A program made the translations under genes and the position numbers. Source: Cyanobacteria bacterium J06626_4 (GTDB taxonomy: Bacteria > Cyanobacteriota > Cyanobacteriia > Phormidesmidales > Phormidesmidaceae). From it: a stretch of 64,000 bases of DNA. Location: NCBI GenBank assembly GCA_038523235.1, contig JBCBJQ010000008.1, forward strand, positions 32,001 through 96,000, in the 5' to 3' direction. Below, piece after piece: positions 19,465 through 28,691 of the stretch (position 1 is the first letter of the stretch; every line of letters starts with the position of its first letter). Under the pieces are notes generated by a model. That model saw only the letters and a program-made list of their open reading frames with translations. It was not told where the DNA came from and did not search any database.

Positions 19465-19561
19465 AATGCCAGCCATTCTTAATTGGCTTGGTGACAGCAT
19501 GTTAGGGGGAATAAGCGATGACTTTCTTTGCCAAACGGACTTTTTTCTTTGGCAAACGGAC
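19465..19561 (-). promoter_or_regulatory. Receptor promoter: direct-repeat operator plus Fur-like box
   Basis: TTTCTTTGCCAAACGGAC (19523) / TTTCTTTGGCAAACGGAC (19544), period 21; Fur-like AATGCCAGCCATTCTTAAT at 19465-19483. Confidence 0.65.
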
Positions 19562-19562
19562 C

Positions 19563-20636
19563 TTAACGATGTCTACCCAATTGATAGGCTTTGGGGCTGA
19601 CCGCAAATTTTCGTCGAAAGGCTGTGCTGAAGGCTTCTGGGTTGGTGTAGCCGACTTTCAACGCGACTTGGGCGATCGTGAAATCGGCATTTTTCAACAG
19701 TAGTTGGGCCTGTTCTAGTCGGTAGCTTTGCAGGTAGCCAAAGACCGTGGTGCCAAATAGTTGACGAAAGCCTTGCTTGAGTTTGCGATCGTTCAACCCC
19801 ACCTGACGCGCTAATTCGGTCAGTGACGGCGGCTGATCGGCTTGCTGCTGCAGAATGTCTCTCGCCTGATAAAGCTGCTCAATGTCAGGAGATTTGAGGG
19901 CGATCGCTGGCCGTTGGGAATGCTGTTCTGCCCAGGTGGCAAACTGGAGGGTCAACAGTTCTAAAGCCTTACTCTCCAAATAGAGCTGCTGCATGATACC
20001 GGCATAAGGGCAGTGAGTAATCTGCCGGAGTATCTGCCCAATTTCAGAGGTGATGCGGCCCAGGGGTTGATGAAATCGGTGCGGCGTCTCTGTGTGAAGC
20101 AGCGATTGTAGGGAGGTGATCGGCGCTGTGCTACCCATTTCAAAGGTGCGGAAGTAGTTCGGCTCTACACAGACGTAGACCACATGATGCGATTCATCTG
20201 CGGGCCACTCTTCGACCTCCGTCAAATTAGGCAAGTAATAAAGATAGTGACACCCCTTTTGCTCCTCATAGGTACTTTTGACGTTGGCCACGTTGGGCGT
20301 ATCGACTCGTGACGAACCGGATAGATAGAACTTAGCCACCAGCGGCGATTTGGCGTCATGTTCGGAAACATAGCGCAGGGGACGTCTTAGGTGGCCTTGG
20401 CGAATGACGAGAGAAAGACCGCCTCGCAAATTGATGTGGTGCTCGCCCCCTGTTCCTAAACGCTGCGGCAAAAAGGTTTGAGTACCGCCCGCAGTCATCT
20501 GACAGAGTTGCTCGCCGCACTGCTGAGCCTGCTGGCAGATTGCCTGCCAGTCCGTAGTCGACAGGGTCGGTGGGCGAGTGGATCGGGGAGGGGATGGCCA
20601 GGAACTCGACTGCATGGGGTGAACCACTGCGCTCAA
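19563..20636 (-). CDS. AraC family regulator (PchR-like); start may be 20615
   Basis: LYLESKALELL, LARQVGLNDRKLKQGFRQLFGTTVFG, VGY..AFSTAFRRKF. Confidence 0.92.
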   Translation of the reverse strand: MSAVVHPMQSSSWPSPPRSTRPPTLSTTDWQAICQQAQQCGEQLCQMTAGGTQTFLPQRLGTGGEHHINLRGGLSLVIRQGHLRRPLRYVSEHDAKSPLVAKFYLSGSSRVDTPNVANVKSTYEEQKGCHYLYYLPNLTEVEEWPADESHHVVYVCVEPNYFRTFEMGSTAPITSLQSLLHTETPHRFHQPLGRITSEIGQILRQITHCPYAGIMQQLYLESKALELLTLQFATWAEQHSQRPAIALKSPDIEQLYQARDILQQQADQPPSLTELARQVGLNDRKLKQGFRQLFGTTVFGYLQSYRLEQAQLLLKNADFTIAQVALKVGYTNPEAFSTAFRRKFAVSPKAYQLGRHR

Positions 20637-20764
20637 ATGAGATTGATTCCTGTTAAACTACCACATTTTTTTGGGAGGCCTTGTCAAGGGGGGCGATCGC
20701 GTTGGCCCTTGGTGGTGATTAATCGAAATGGCGAAGACCGTTGATCTGATGCTCCACTAGAGGT

Positions 20765-21712
20765 TCAATCAGCCTGGTTAAGGCAAGCTTCGACATCGGC
20801 CAAAATCTGATTAGCCGCCAGAATACTGCGCCCCCCAGCCCAGTTGGCGCTGCTGACCTCACACACGATGCCCTGCTGCACCGCATTTAACTGCGACCAC
20901 AGCGGGTCACTGACAAATGCAGCTTTACCCACACTGTCTTCTGACCCAGAGTTGTAGAGCAAAAATATGACATCGCCGTCTATTTGAGTCAAATCCTCCC
21001 GCGATAGCTGAATCCCATAGTGTTTTCCTTCACCCTGAGCCGGATTGCGCGCCAAACCCACGTCCTTCAATACCGACCCGGGAAAGCTGTCGACACTGTA
21101 GGCCACGATGCCCCCGCTCCAATGGGCAATAACTGAGACCGCGATCGCTTCTGGTGCTTGGGGTAATGCCGCCTGTACGGCTTCAACACGCTGTTGATAA
21201 TCCGCTAAAAGCTGCTCGGCCTGTTCCGGTTTTCCTAACGCTTCCGCATAAAGCTGAAAATTGTCTTGCCACTCGCCCTCACGACCATTGTCTGGAGTCA
21301 GAACTGTCGGGGCAATTTGCGCCAATTTTGAGTAGATCTGGCCAGAGCTACGCCTGTTACCCAGAATCAGATCTGGCTGTAATTGCAAAATGGTCTCTAA
21401 GTCGGGCTGACGTCCGGTTCCCACTATCGGCATGGTCTCGACGGATGATGGATAGAGGCTGGAAGGCAGGATTGTCATACGGCCAATCGGCTCAACTTCC
21501 AAAGCTAAAGCACTATCCAGAGGGGCATAGTCGAGCACGACGACGCGCTCGGGTGCCATGGGCACGGCAGTCGTGCCCATGGCATGCTCAACGGATCGCG
21601 TAGGCACGGTATTGTCGGTCTCTGGCGGCACTGACTGACGCTGCTGGCAACTCGTGAGCAGCGTCAATAGGGCCAAACCAACCAGACCCGGACAAAGTAT
21701 CCTGGAGGTCAT
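20765..21712 (-). CDS. Iron-siderophore binding lipoprotein
   Basis: Lipobox LTSC, VEHAMGTT, PERVVVLD, PDLILG, DPLWSQLNAV. Confidence 0.92.
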   Translation of the reverse strand: MTSRILCPGLVGLALLTLLTSCQQRQSVPPETDNTVPTRSVEHAMGTTAVPMAPERVVVLDYAPLDSALALEVEPIGRMTILPSSLYPSSVETMPIVGTGRQPDLETILQLQPDLILGNRRSSGQIYSKLAQIAPTVLTPDNGREGEWQDNFQLYAEALGKPEQAEQLLADYQQRVEAVQAALPQAPEAIAVSVIAHWSGGIVAYSVDSFPGSVLKDVGLARNPAQGEGKHYGIQLSREDLTQIDGDVIFLLYNSGSEDSVGKAAFVSDPLWSQLNAVQQGIVCEVSSANWAGGRSILAANQILADVEACLNQAD

Positions 21713-21717
21713 CTTAA

Positions 21718-24399
21718 TCAGAAGGTGATTGAGTAGCGTAAGCTGACCGTGGTGCCTGGTGCGGCAAAGCGCCGTTCTTCAAAGCCGCCAACACGCTCTT
21801 GCGAGGTGAGGGGCAGATAGTCGGTATTGAGCAGATTTTCAACGCCCAAGGTCAAACGTCCTTGCCCCAACTGTAGGCTGCTAATGAAATCCAGCGTGAC
21901 ATAGCTATCGATGTCAAAGGCATCGACCCCATCATCGAACGCGCTATCGCGATCGCCCACTAGCAACATCTGCAGGCGATTGCTCCAGGTTGGCGTGGTG
22001 TCATTTTCCACATAGAGCCCGATCTGGTAAGGCGGCACATTGAGGGAGCCCAGCGCCTCAAACTCCCCATCATCATCGTTGTCACTTTCCCCCTCGCTCC
22101 AACTAAAGTAACCACCCAGCCGCCAGACATCACTCGGCTGCCAGTCAACAGCGGCTTCTAAGCCATAGTTACGCTGCGGTGCTCGCAACAGTTGTGAGGT
22201 TCCAGTCTCTTCATTGAACCGGATAAAACTACCCAGTTCGGACTCATTGTAAAACCCGGATACGCTGGCTTGCACTTGGCCAAATTCTGCTCGTGCCCCA
22301 ATCTCAAAACTATCTACCGTTTGCGGTTCCAGCAGCAAATCGTCTTCCAGGCTAAACGTGGTCGTTGCCCCCGAAAAGACTGAGCCCAGATTAGGAATCG
22401 AAAAACCTTGAGAAAAGTTGGCGAATAAGCCGACCTCTGGAATCGGTCGATACAGTAGACCAGCATTAAAAGAGACCCCATCGGTACCACCACTGCCGCC
22501 CTCTCGCTCGCGGGGAAATCGAAACGCCAGAGCGTAATCATCGACGGAAAAATTAAAATCGTCGTAGCGTAATCCGCCGCTGATTTGCCACTGCTCCGTG
22601 ATATCCCATCGCGTCTGGGCAAACAGTCCTAAGTTTTCCAACTCATAGGGGGGAAACAAGGAAAATTCATCAATGATATTCACTTCTCGGTTCGCATCCA
22701 GTGCGTTGGGGTCAGCGAACAAAACGGCAACCTCATTATCTTCTTGGGAATAATCGATTCCCCAGAGCACGCTGGCGGAGTTGCCAATGGGGGTATCTAT
22801 CTGTAAACGCGCCCCTAGTTCCGAAATGTCGCTAACTTGTTGAGAGATGTCTGGGAAAAAGTCGGCAGCATTTCTGAGGCGAAAATCGCGGAATGCGCCT
22901 GCAGATTCTTCATCGCTATAGTAAATCTGGGCATCAACTTGCGACCCGAACACATCAGTGTTGCGGTAGGTGAGATTAATGAACTGATTCGTACTTTGAG
23001 GCTCACGTTCGTAATCAAAACTACCGACTCTGATGGCTCTGGCGACTTGGGTACCCGGAATCTGAAAGATCGAGAGATCGGTGGCGAACTCGGTATTCGG
23101 ATCGCTTCGATAATAGCTGTAGGTCAGCTCTAACCGCTGCTGCTCATCGATGTCATAGCCCACTTTAGCTAGCAAGCCCAACTCATCATTTTCACCAGCA
23201 CTCGTCGGCGGAATGCGATCGCCATCCGCATCAAAGCGAGCATTGTCAACATCATAGGTAAACGAAAACCGACCATCGACTGGGCCGTCTGCAGCGGCAG
23301 CACCAACCCGAAAGTTGTAGCTAAAACTATCGCCTTCGATGGCGGTAACGCCAACGCGGGTCCCCACACTCAGGTCATAGATTGCCCCTTCCTCAACGGG
23401 GACGCGGGTAATGATATTGATAATCCCACCCGTAGCCCCATCGCCAAAAATAGCGTTCGCCCCTGGCACCACCTCAATTCGTTCAATAAATTCAGGGGCA
23501 ATGCCATTCAGCGCTCGTAAGCCACCACTGTTCCCCCCCTGCGGCACCCCGTCAATCAGGATGAGGGCATTACGACCCCGCAGAGTGAATCCGCGAGTTG
23601 TGGCCTGCAAGGGCGGCGGCGATAGGCCCGGGACTAACTTCCCTAAGATATCGGGCAGGTTATTCGTCAATTCTGTCTGCTGCTCAATTTCCTCCCGCTC
23701 GATCACCGTCACCGATCGCGGCAAGTCAATCACTTCCTCCTCTGTGCGAGTGGCGGTGACCACCACTTGAATCGCGTCAGGGTCTGCGGCTTGAGTCCCG
23801 GCGATGCCCGGCACCACAGTAAAGACCACATTGCCCGCATCGACAGTTACCTGAGCTTCGGGGGGCGCATCTGTGCCCGTAATTGCCACCTGCACGTTGC
23901 CATTCGGCAGGCTCGATACCTGCACTAGGGCGATACCCTCAGCCGGGGCAAACTGCTCGGCGGCGGCCTCATCCGTCAGCTCTAGCGTGGCATTAGCGAT
24001 TTCGGTCACCACCGCATTGCCGGATATCTGGGCCGGGCCAGCGGATAAGGGCTGTTCAGAGACTAAAACCAGTCTGAGCCCGTCAGGCGTTTCACTAATC
24101 TGCACATCGGTAATGACGGCGACTTCCCCTTGGACGATGTACTCAGCGGGGGGCAGTTCCGACGGCTGGTCAATCGGCTGGTCACGCAGCGCCGCAGCGC
24201 TACTGCTCTCTTCGCTAAGCAGAGGAGCAGCCTCGGCAACCGTGGGTACGTCATCGGCGATCTCACCCGTTCCCGCTGCTTCTGCATCCTCCAGAGGGGC
24301 CGCCGAGGTGGAAACTTGTGCCGCAGCCGGATAATGGGTTCCAGCCAAAATGAGACTGGCTAACGCACTGTAGCCAACCAGCTTAATCTGAGTTGTCAT
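21718..24399 (-). CDS. TonB-dependent receptor with AMIN domain (IutA/schizokinen-type)
   Basis: VTATRTEE..PRSVTVI, LGKLVPG, ERIEVVPGA..GGIINIIT, C-terminal SITF. Confidence 0.92.
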   Translation of the reverse strand: MTTQIKLVGYSALASLILAGTHYPAAAQVSTSAAPLEDAEAAGTGEIADDVPTVAEAAPLLSEESSSAAALRDQPIDQPSELPPAEYIVQGEVAVITDVQISETPDGLRLVLVSEQPLSAGPAQISGNAVVTEIANATLELTDEAAAEQFAPAEGIALVQVSSLPNGNVQVAITGTDAPPEAQVTVDAGNVVFTVVPGIAGTQAADPDAIQVVVTATRTEEEVIDLPRSVTVIEREEIEQQTELTNNLPDILGKLVPGLSPPPLQATTRGFTLRGRNALILIDGVPQGGNSGGLRALNGIAPEFIERIEVVPGANAIFGDGATGGIINIITRVPVEEGAIYDLSVGTRVGVTAIEGDSFSYNFRVGAAAADGPVDGRFSFTYDVDNARFDADGDRIPPTSAGENDELGLLAKVGYDIDEQQRLELTYSYYRSDPNTEFATDLSIFQIPGTQVARAIRVGSFDYEREPQSTNQFINLTYRNTDVFGSQVDAQIYYSDEESAGAFRDFRLRNAADFFPDISQQVSDISELGARLQIDTPIGNSASVLWGIDYSQEDNEVAVLFADPNALDANREVNIIDEFSLFPPYELENLGLFAQTRWDITEQWQISGGLRYDDFNFSVDDYALAFRFPREREGGSGGTDGVSFNAGLLYRPIPEVGLFANFSQGFSIPNLGSVFSGATTTFSLEDDLLLEPQTVDSFEIGARAEFGQVQASVSGFYNESELGSFIRFNEETGTSQLLRAPQRNYGLEAAVDWQPSDVWRLGGYFSWSEGESDNDDDGEFEALGSLNVPPYQIGLYVENDTTPTWSNRLQMLLVGDRDSAFDDGVDAFDIDSYVTLDFISSLQLGQGRLTLGVENLLNTDYLPLTSQERVGGFEERRFAAPGTTVSLRYSITF

Positions 24400-24507
24400 G
24401 ATTCCTCACACCTAAACCTTGCCTACCGCAGCCGGGTTTGCTGACATCGAAGGCAACGAATAGAACGGCTCCGTTGCTCAAGCCCAGTAGCAGGCAAACT
24501 ATTGATT

Positions 24508-24603
24508 ATTAACAATTGTTCTCAATACTACGCGGTGTGCTAGCTAGCGTTAAGCGAAAACTGTCTTCGAGCCTGAGAGTTTTGTCTTCGAGAGCGATTT
24601 TTA
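24508..24603 (-). promoter_or_regulatory. Receptor promoter: direct-repeat operator plus Fur-like box
   Basis: TGTCTTCGAG at 24562 and 24583 (period 21); ATTAACAATTGTTCTCAAT at 24508-24526. Confidence 0.6.
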
Positions 24604-24634
24604 TGTTTAAGTCGGCGAATGGTTTGAGGGTGTA

Positions 24635-24960
24635 ATACCGCTAAGTCGGCTGAGCGGAGGGGAACGTCGGCTTCGACTCCGCTCAGCCGACGTTCCTTGA
24701 GCAGAGTCGACATTCCTTGAGCAGAGTCGACATTCCTTGAGCAGAGTCGACGTTCCTTGGGCGGAGTCGTTGGTGTAGCCTGCCCACAGGGAATAAGGAA
24801 AGTCTCAGAGCATTGGTGTAATACCGATTCTTCAAAAGGCAACTACAGATCTTCGGCGTTCTCCCAAAGGGAGACGCTAACGCGAACGACTCCGCTCAGC
24901 CGTCGCTCTCTGAGCGGAGTCGAAGAGAGCATGTGTAGCTTAACTTCAGAGCATTGGTGT
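24635..24960. repeat. Composite MITE/REP cluster with 4x20-bp tandem repeat and nested micro-insertions
   Basis: Two tandem units starting ATACCG and ending AGAGCATTGGTGT; CTTCGACTCCGCTCAG / CTGAGCGGAGTCGAAG palindromes; (C[G/A]TTCCTTGAGCAGAGTCGA)x4 at 24691-24769; related copy at 51865. Confidence 0.75.
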
Positions 24961-25049
24961 CAGTCCAAAACGTTGAATCTAAAGCCCAGAATCTGCAGCC
25001 TTGAGCCTTATTTCCTTTCCCTCGATTCCTTGATTTACCCGACTATCGC

Positions 25050-26048
25050 TTAGTTCATTTCCCTGAGGTAGTGACTGGGGGCCACGTTGAATTTCTTCTT
25101 AAAGGCGGCGACAAAAGAGCTGCGGCTGGCGTACCCGACCCGGTAGGCAATTTCTTGGACATTGAGACTGTCGGTTTGCAGCAGTTGGCGCGCTTGCTCC
25201 ATGCGGTGATTATGCAGATAGCCAAAAACGGTCATGTTAAAGACCTGGCGGAACCCCTGACTGAGCTTGTTCTCGTTGAGATGAACTCGTCGCGACAAAT
25301 TAGTGAGTGAGGGGGGAGCGTCCAGATTCTGAATCAAGATATCCCGCGCCTCATAGATGCGATCTAAATCGCGGGGTTTCAGCGCGTTGGGGTGATCCGG
25401 TTGCCCGGTGGTGAACTGGCTGAACTGCAGCGCCAGTAACTCTAGGACTTTGCCCTCAATATACAGTTGTCGGGTTAGTCCGTGATAGGGCCATTCTAAA
25501 ATTTGCTGTAGCACCTGTTGCTGAGCCGGTGTAATCCGGCTGGGTAGGCAAAATAAGGCCCTTTCAGGCTGCTCGATCGCTTGTTTCAGTTCAGTGGGCA
25601 ACTCGTGCAGGCGATCGCTAAAGCCCTGCAGCAATTCGGGTGAGATTTGAATTTGAATCCGACAGATGCGGCACTGGGCTGGATACTTTTCGAACTCAGC
25701 CGTGTTGGGCACACAATACAGATAGCTTTTGCCAGCCACCTCTTCATATGCCGTCTTGAGCCCATCATTACTCACCTGACAACCGCCCGTTAGGTAGTAG
25801 CTCAAAGTGAGTGGCATCGATGGTGGATGCTGCCGAATTTGATATTGATGAATCTGGCGTTTTTGGAAATCCATAATGCTCAGATGCAGCCCTGGGCGCA
25901 GGCAAATCTTGCGTCCATACCCGCGAGCCAGAGACTGGGGGGCTCTCACAAAGGTTTCCGGCCCTTCACGGTATTCCGACAGGTTGCCGTCAGCCCGATA
26001 CGCTTGCAAAATTTCGGCAATTTCTGAACCTGTTAAAACCTTTGCCAT
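25050..26048 (-). CDS. AraC family regulator (PchR-like)
   Basis: Likely start MAKVLTG; LNENKLSQGFRQVF, VGYASRSSF; Fur-like box at 26088-26106. Confidence 0.92.
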   Translation of the reverse strand: MAKVLTGSEIAEILQAYRADGNLSEYREGPETFVRAPQSLARGYGRKICLRPGLHLSIMDFQKRQIHQYQIRQHPPSMPLTLSYYLTGGCQVSNDGLKTAYEEVAGKSYLYCVPNTAEFEKYPAQCRICRIQIQISPELLQGFSDRLHELPTELKQAIEQPERALFCLPSRITPAQQQVLQQILEWPYHGLTRQLYIEGKVLELLALQFSQFTTGQPDHPNALKPRDLDRIYEARDILIQNLDAPPSLTNLSRRVHLNENKLSQGFRQVFNMTVFGYLHNHRMEQARQLLQTDSLNVQEIAYRVGYASRSSFVAAFKKKFNVAPSHYLREMN

Positions 26049-26162
26049 CCAGCCCGTGCCGTAAAGTTCTATAGTGAGTATCTCATTATTGGCAATAACT
26101 CTCAACAAAGTGATTGACCAAGAGCCCGGTGCAGCCTGATGCCGTTCTCCTTCTGGCTTTTG

Positions 26163-26293
26163 CTAGAGGCTGTCATCATTTAGCGGCTGAGTCCTTATGC
26201 TGAAAGCGGTTCAGCCTCTAGCTAGGTTTACGGAGCGGGCGCGATAATGCCCATACCGTAAGGCTTTCGAGTTTAATTGATGACGCGCCCTAG
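26163..26293. mobile_element. MITE-like element
   Basis: Left end CTAGAGGCTGTCATCATTTA; reverse complement of right end CTAGGGCGCGTCATCAATTA; about 130 bp, noncoding. Confidence 0.6.
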
Positions 26294-26325
26294 GGGCACT
26301 CTGCCGATCAGGAACACCTGATCAG

Positions 26326-27606
26326 TTATTGGGTTTTGGGCTGGCTAGTCGCGATCGCCTGCAACTGAGAACTAAAACAGCCTCCAATGCCTACTAGCAG
26401 CATTGCTATCGCACAGGTCGCGTACAACACCGCCATGCCTGCACCGGTCTCACTGCCAAAACTGGGGGTCAACCAGCCCGTCAACCAACCCCCAGGCATC
26501 ATGGCAGGCTCTAGAATCTGATCGGCTAACGGGCCAGCCAGCAGCACCGCGATCGCACTCACCCCTTGCAGCACCAAATCGTTAGCCGCAAAGACCCGTC
26601 CCTGATATTCCGGCTTAATCTGAGTCATCCACAGGGCCGTTTCTGAACTGCCCAGCAGCGGAAAGTTCAGAGAGGAGCAAAACTGGGCAGGAATCCAGAT
26701 GGCGGGCGATCGCCCCAGTCCAAACACGGTTTTGCTCAAGCCTGCCCCAATGAAGCCTGCCAACATGCCATTGACCCGGCGTTTGGGGCCACCCCAGACG
26801 CTGAGCAAAATCGCCCCGGTGACACCACCAATGCCGGCCGCTGAAGCGGTACTAGCTAAGATCTGGGCACTGCCGTTGGTACGAGCCAAAATCATCGGGT
26901 CATAGACCGCTCCCCCCAAATCGTGGAAAAACCAAAAGGCTGTGGTGATCAGCAAGAGCGATCGCAACCCTGTTTTTTGCCAGACGTAGCGAAAACCAAA
27001 GGTGAGTTTAGCCCAGAGGGATTCTCGTTCGGTCGTTTTTTGGCGTGGAGGCTGAGGAATGCGGATAGCGCAGAGCGTGGAGATCGCCACCCCAAACGTC
27101 ACTAAATCAATCAGCAAAATGCCCATGATTCCAATCAGTGGATATAACACTCCTGCCAAAGCTGGACCAAAAATTGCCGAGCCATAATGAACGGCTGAAT
27201 TCATGCTGTTAGCTCGCGTGAGCTGACGCGGTGGCACCAACGAAGAAATGGAAGCTTTGTAGGCCAAGCTTTGAATTTGTCCGAAGCCGCCATTTAAGCT
27301 GGCGGCCAGGTAAAGATGCCAAATTTGTAGACTATCGGTGAAAAACAGGATGCCAATACCAATGGTTGCAAGGGCAGCAATGCTGTCTCCGAGCATCATT
27401 AAATATTTGCGATTAAAGAGATCGACAATCAGCCCTGCAAACAGAGTGACCGGTATGCGCAACAGTTGAGAAAAAAAGCCCACCAGCGCTAGAGCAGTTG
27501 CCGAGCCAGTAACTTCCCAAGCCCACAGGGTCAGGGCAAATTCGGTCATGTAGCTGCCGATGGTCGAAACCAGCTGACCGAACCAGATTAAAGTAAAGGT
27601 GCGCAT
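26326..27606 (-). CDS. MFS transporter (DHA3-like)
   Basis: MRTFTLIWFGQLVSTIGS, YQGRVFA, GPLADQILEPAM. Confidence 0.9.
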   Translation of the reverse strand: MRTFTLIWFGQLVSTIGSYMTEFALTLWAWEVTGSATALALVGFFSQLLRIPVTLFAGLIVDLFNRKYLMMLGDSIAALATIGIGILFFTDSLQIWHLYLAASLNGGFGQIQSLAYKASISSLVPPRQLTRANSMNSAVHYGSAIFGPALAGVLYPLIGIMGILLIDLVTFGVAISTLCAIRIPQPPRQKTTERESLWAKLTFGFRYVWQKTGLRSLLLITTAFWFFHDLGGAVYDPMILARTNGSAQILASTASAAGIGGVTGAILLSVWGGPKRRVNGMLAGFIGAGLSKTVFGLGRSPAIWIPAQFCSSLNFPLLGSSETALWMTQIKPEYQGRVFAANDLVLQGVSAIAVLLAGPLADQILEPAMMPGGWLTGWLTPSFGSETGAGMAVLYATCAIAMLLVGIGGCFSSQLQAIATSQPKTQ

Positions 27607-27707
27607 AAAGCATCATCCCGACCAGACTGGCAGGGAGTACAGTCAGGTCTGACATTGCCCCAGCGGCAGTTTGATGGAGTACTGATAAACGACAAGACGG
27701 CGCTAGC

Positions 27708-28577
27708 TTGAAAACCGACAGCCTCTTCTACGAGATCTTTCAAACCGATCCGAATATCGTCTTTGACTTGATGGGTAGACCTCCGACAAGAGATGTCACG
27801 TATCGCTTTGCCTCTGAGGAAGTCAAGCAAACCAGCTTCCGGATTGACGGCATCTTGGTACCCCCCACCGACGCCGCTGACTTGCCCATCGTCTTTGTGG
27901 AGGTTCAGGGCTATCGAGACCAGAAAAATGTTTTGTACTCCAGTTTCTTTGCCCAAATTTTCTTGTATTTGCATGATTATCAACCGCCAAATGATTGGTA
28001 TGCCGTGCTAATTTTCACCAGGCGCACGCTCGATCCTGGTTTGCCCAGACACCATCGGGTGTTTGAGGGGAGCCTGCAGTTTCAGCAGATTTATCTGGAT
28101 GAACTCAACGAAGCAACTGATCTTTCCCTGGGACTGAAGCTGCTGCGGCTGATTGGTTTAGAACAGAATGCAGCTCCAGCGGAGGGCAGGCAATTGGTTG
28201 AACAAACTCGTCGAGAAGTTGATGATGCTGAAGTCCAACAAAAATTCATAGAATTAATAGAGACGATCTTGGTCTATAAGTTTTCTGAGCTGAGCCGCGA
28301 GGAGATTATCGCCATGTTGAAATTAGATGACCTCAAACAAACGAGAGTTTATCGAGACGCTCTAGAGGAAGGCCGTCAGGAAGGCCGCCAGGAAGGTCGT
28401 CAGGAAGGCCGCGAGGAAGGCCGCGAGGAAGGCAAACTGGCGGCGGTGCCGTTGCTGCTGAGGGCGGGGATGACGGTGGAGCAGATTGCGGAGCAGTTGC
28501 AGGTAGATTTGGCGGCGGTGCGGCAGGTGGCGGCAGAGGATGCTGGGTCAGGGTTGGGGGAAGGTGAGGGAAGGTGA
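27708..28577 (+). CDS. Rpn family (DUF2887) recombination-promoting nuclease / putative transposase
   Basis: MKTDSLFY, EVKQTSFRIDG, FVEVQ, IETILVYKF, C-terminal (EGRQ/E)n. Confidence 0.88.
   Translation: MKTDSLFYEIFQTDPNIVFDLMGRPPTRDVTYRFASEEVKQTSFRIDGILVPPTDAADLPIVFVEVQGYRDQKNVLYSSFFAQIFLYLHDYQPPNDWYAVLIFTRRTLDPGLPRHHRVFEGSLQFQQIYLDELNEATDLSLGLKLLRLIGLEQNAAPAEGRQLVEQTRREVDDAEVQQKFIELIETILVYKFSELSREEIIAMLKLDDLKQTRVYRDALEEGRQEGRQEGRQEGREEGREEGKLAAVPLLLRAGMTVEQIAEQLQVDLAAVRQVAAEDAGSGLGEGEGR
28368..28433 (+). repeat. 12-bp tandem repeat encoding EGRQ/EGRE
   Basis: GAAGG(C/T)CG(T/C)(C/G)AG x5.5. Confidence 0.9.
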
Positions 28578-28691
28578 TTGTCCTCATGTCTGCGGTTGAT
28601 CGCAGATGAAATAGCGAGATGTGGCAAGTGCTGGACCAGCCTGATTTGAGCATGCAAGATGGCATGAGAATCTGCTAAAAATGAGTTCGCG

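Noticed and set aside
24691..24769. 4x20-bp repeat as a CRISPR array
   Set aside because: Units abut with no unique spacers, derive from a REP palindrome, and no cas genes are present.
24540..25053. ORFs 24540-24842 and 24757-25053
   Set aside because: Translations of REP/MITE DNA (RRSLSGVE, QGMSTLLKE); one overlaps the receptor operator.
27607..27707. Possible AraC operator upstream of MFS 26326
   Set aside because: Only a weak resemblance (CCCAGCGGCAGTTT) to the 32697 unit and no 21-bp repeat.
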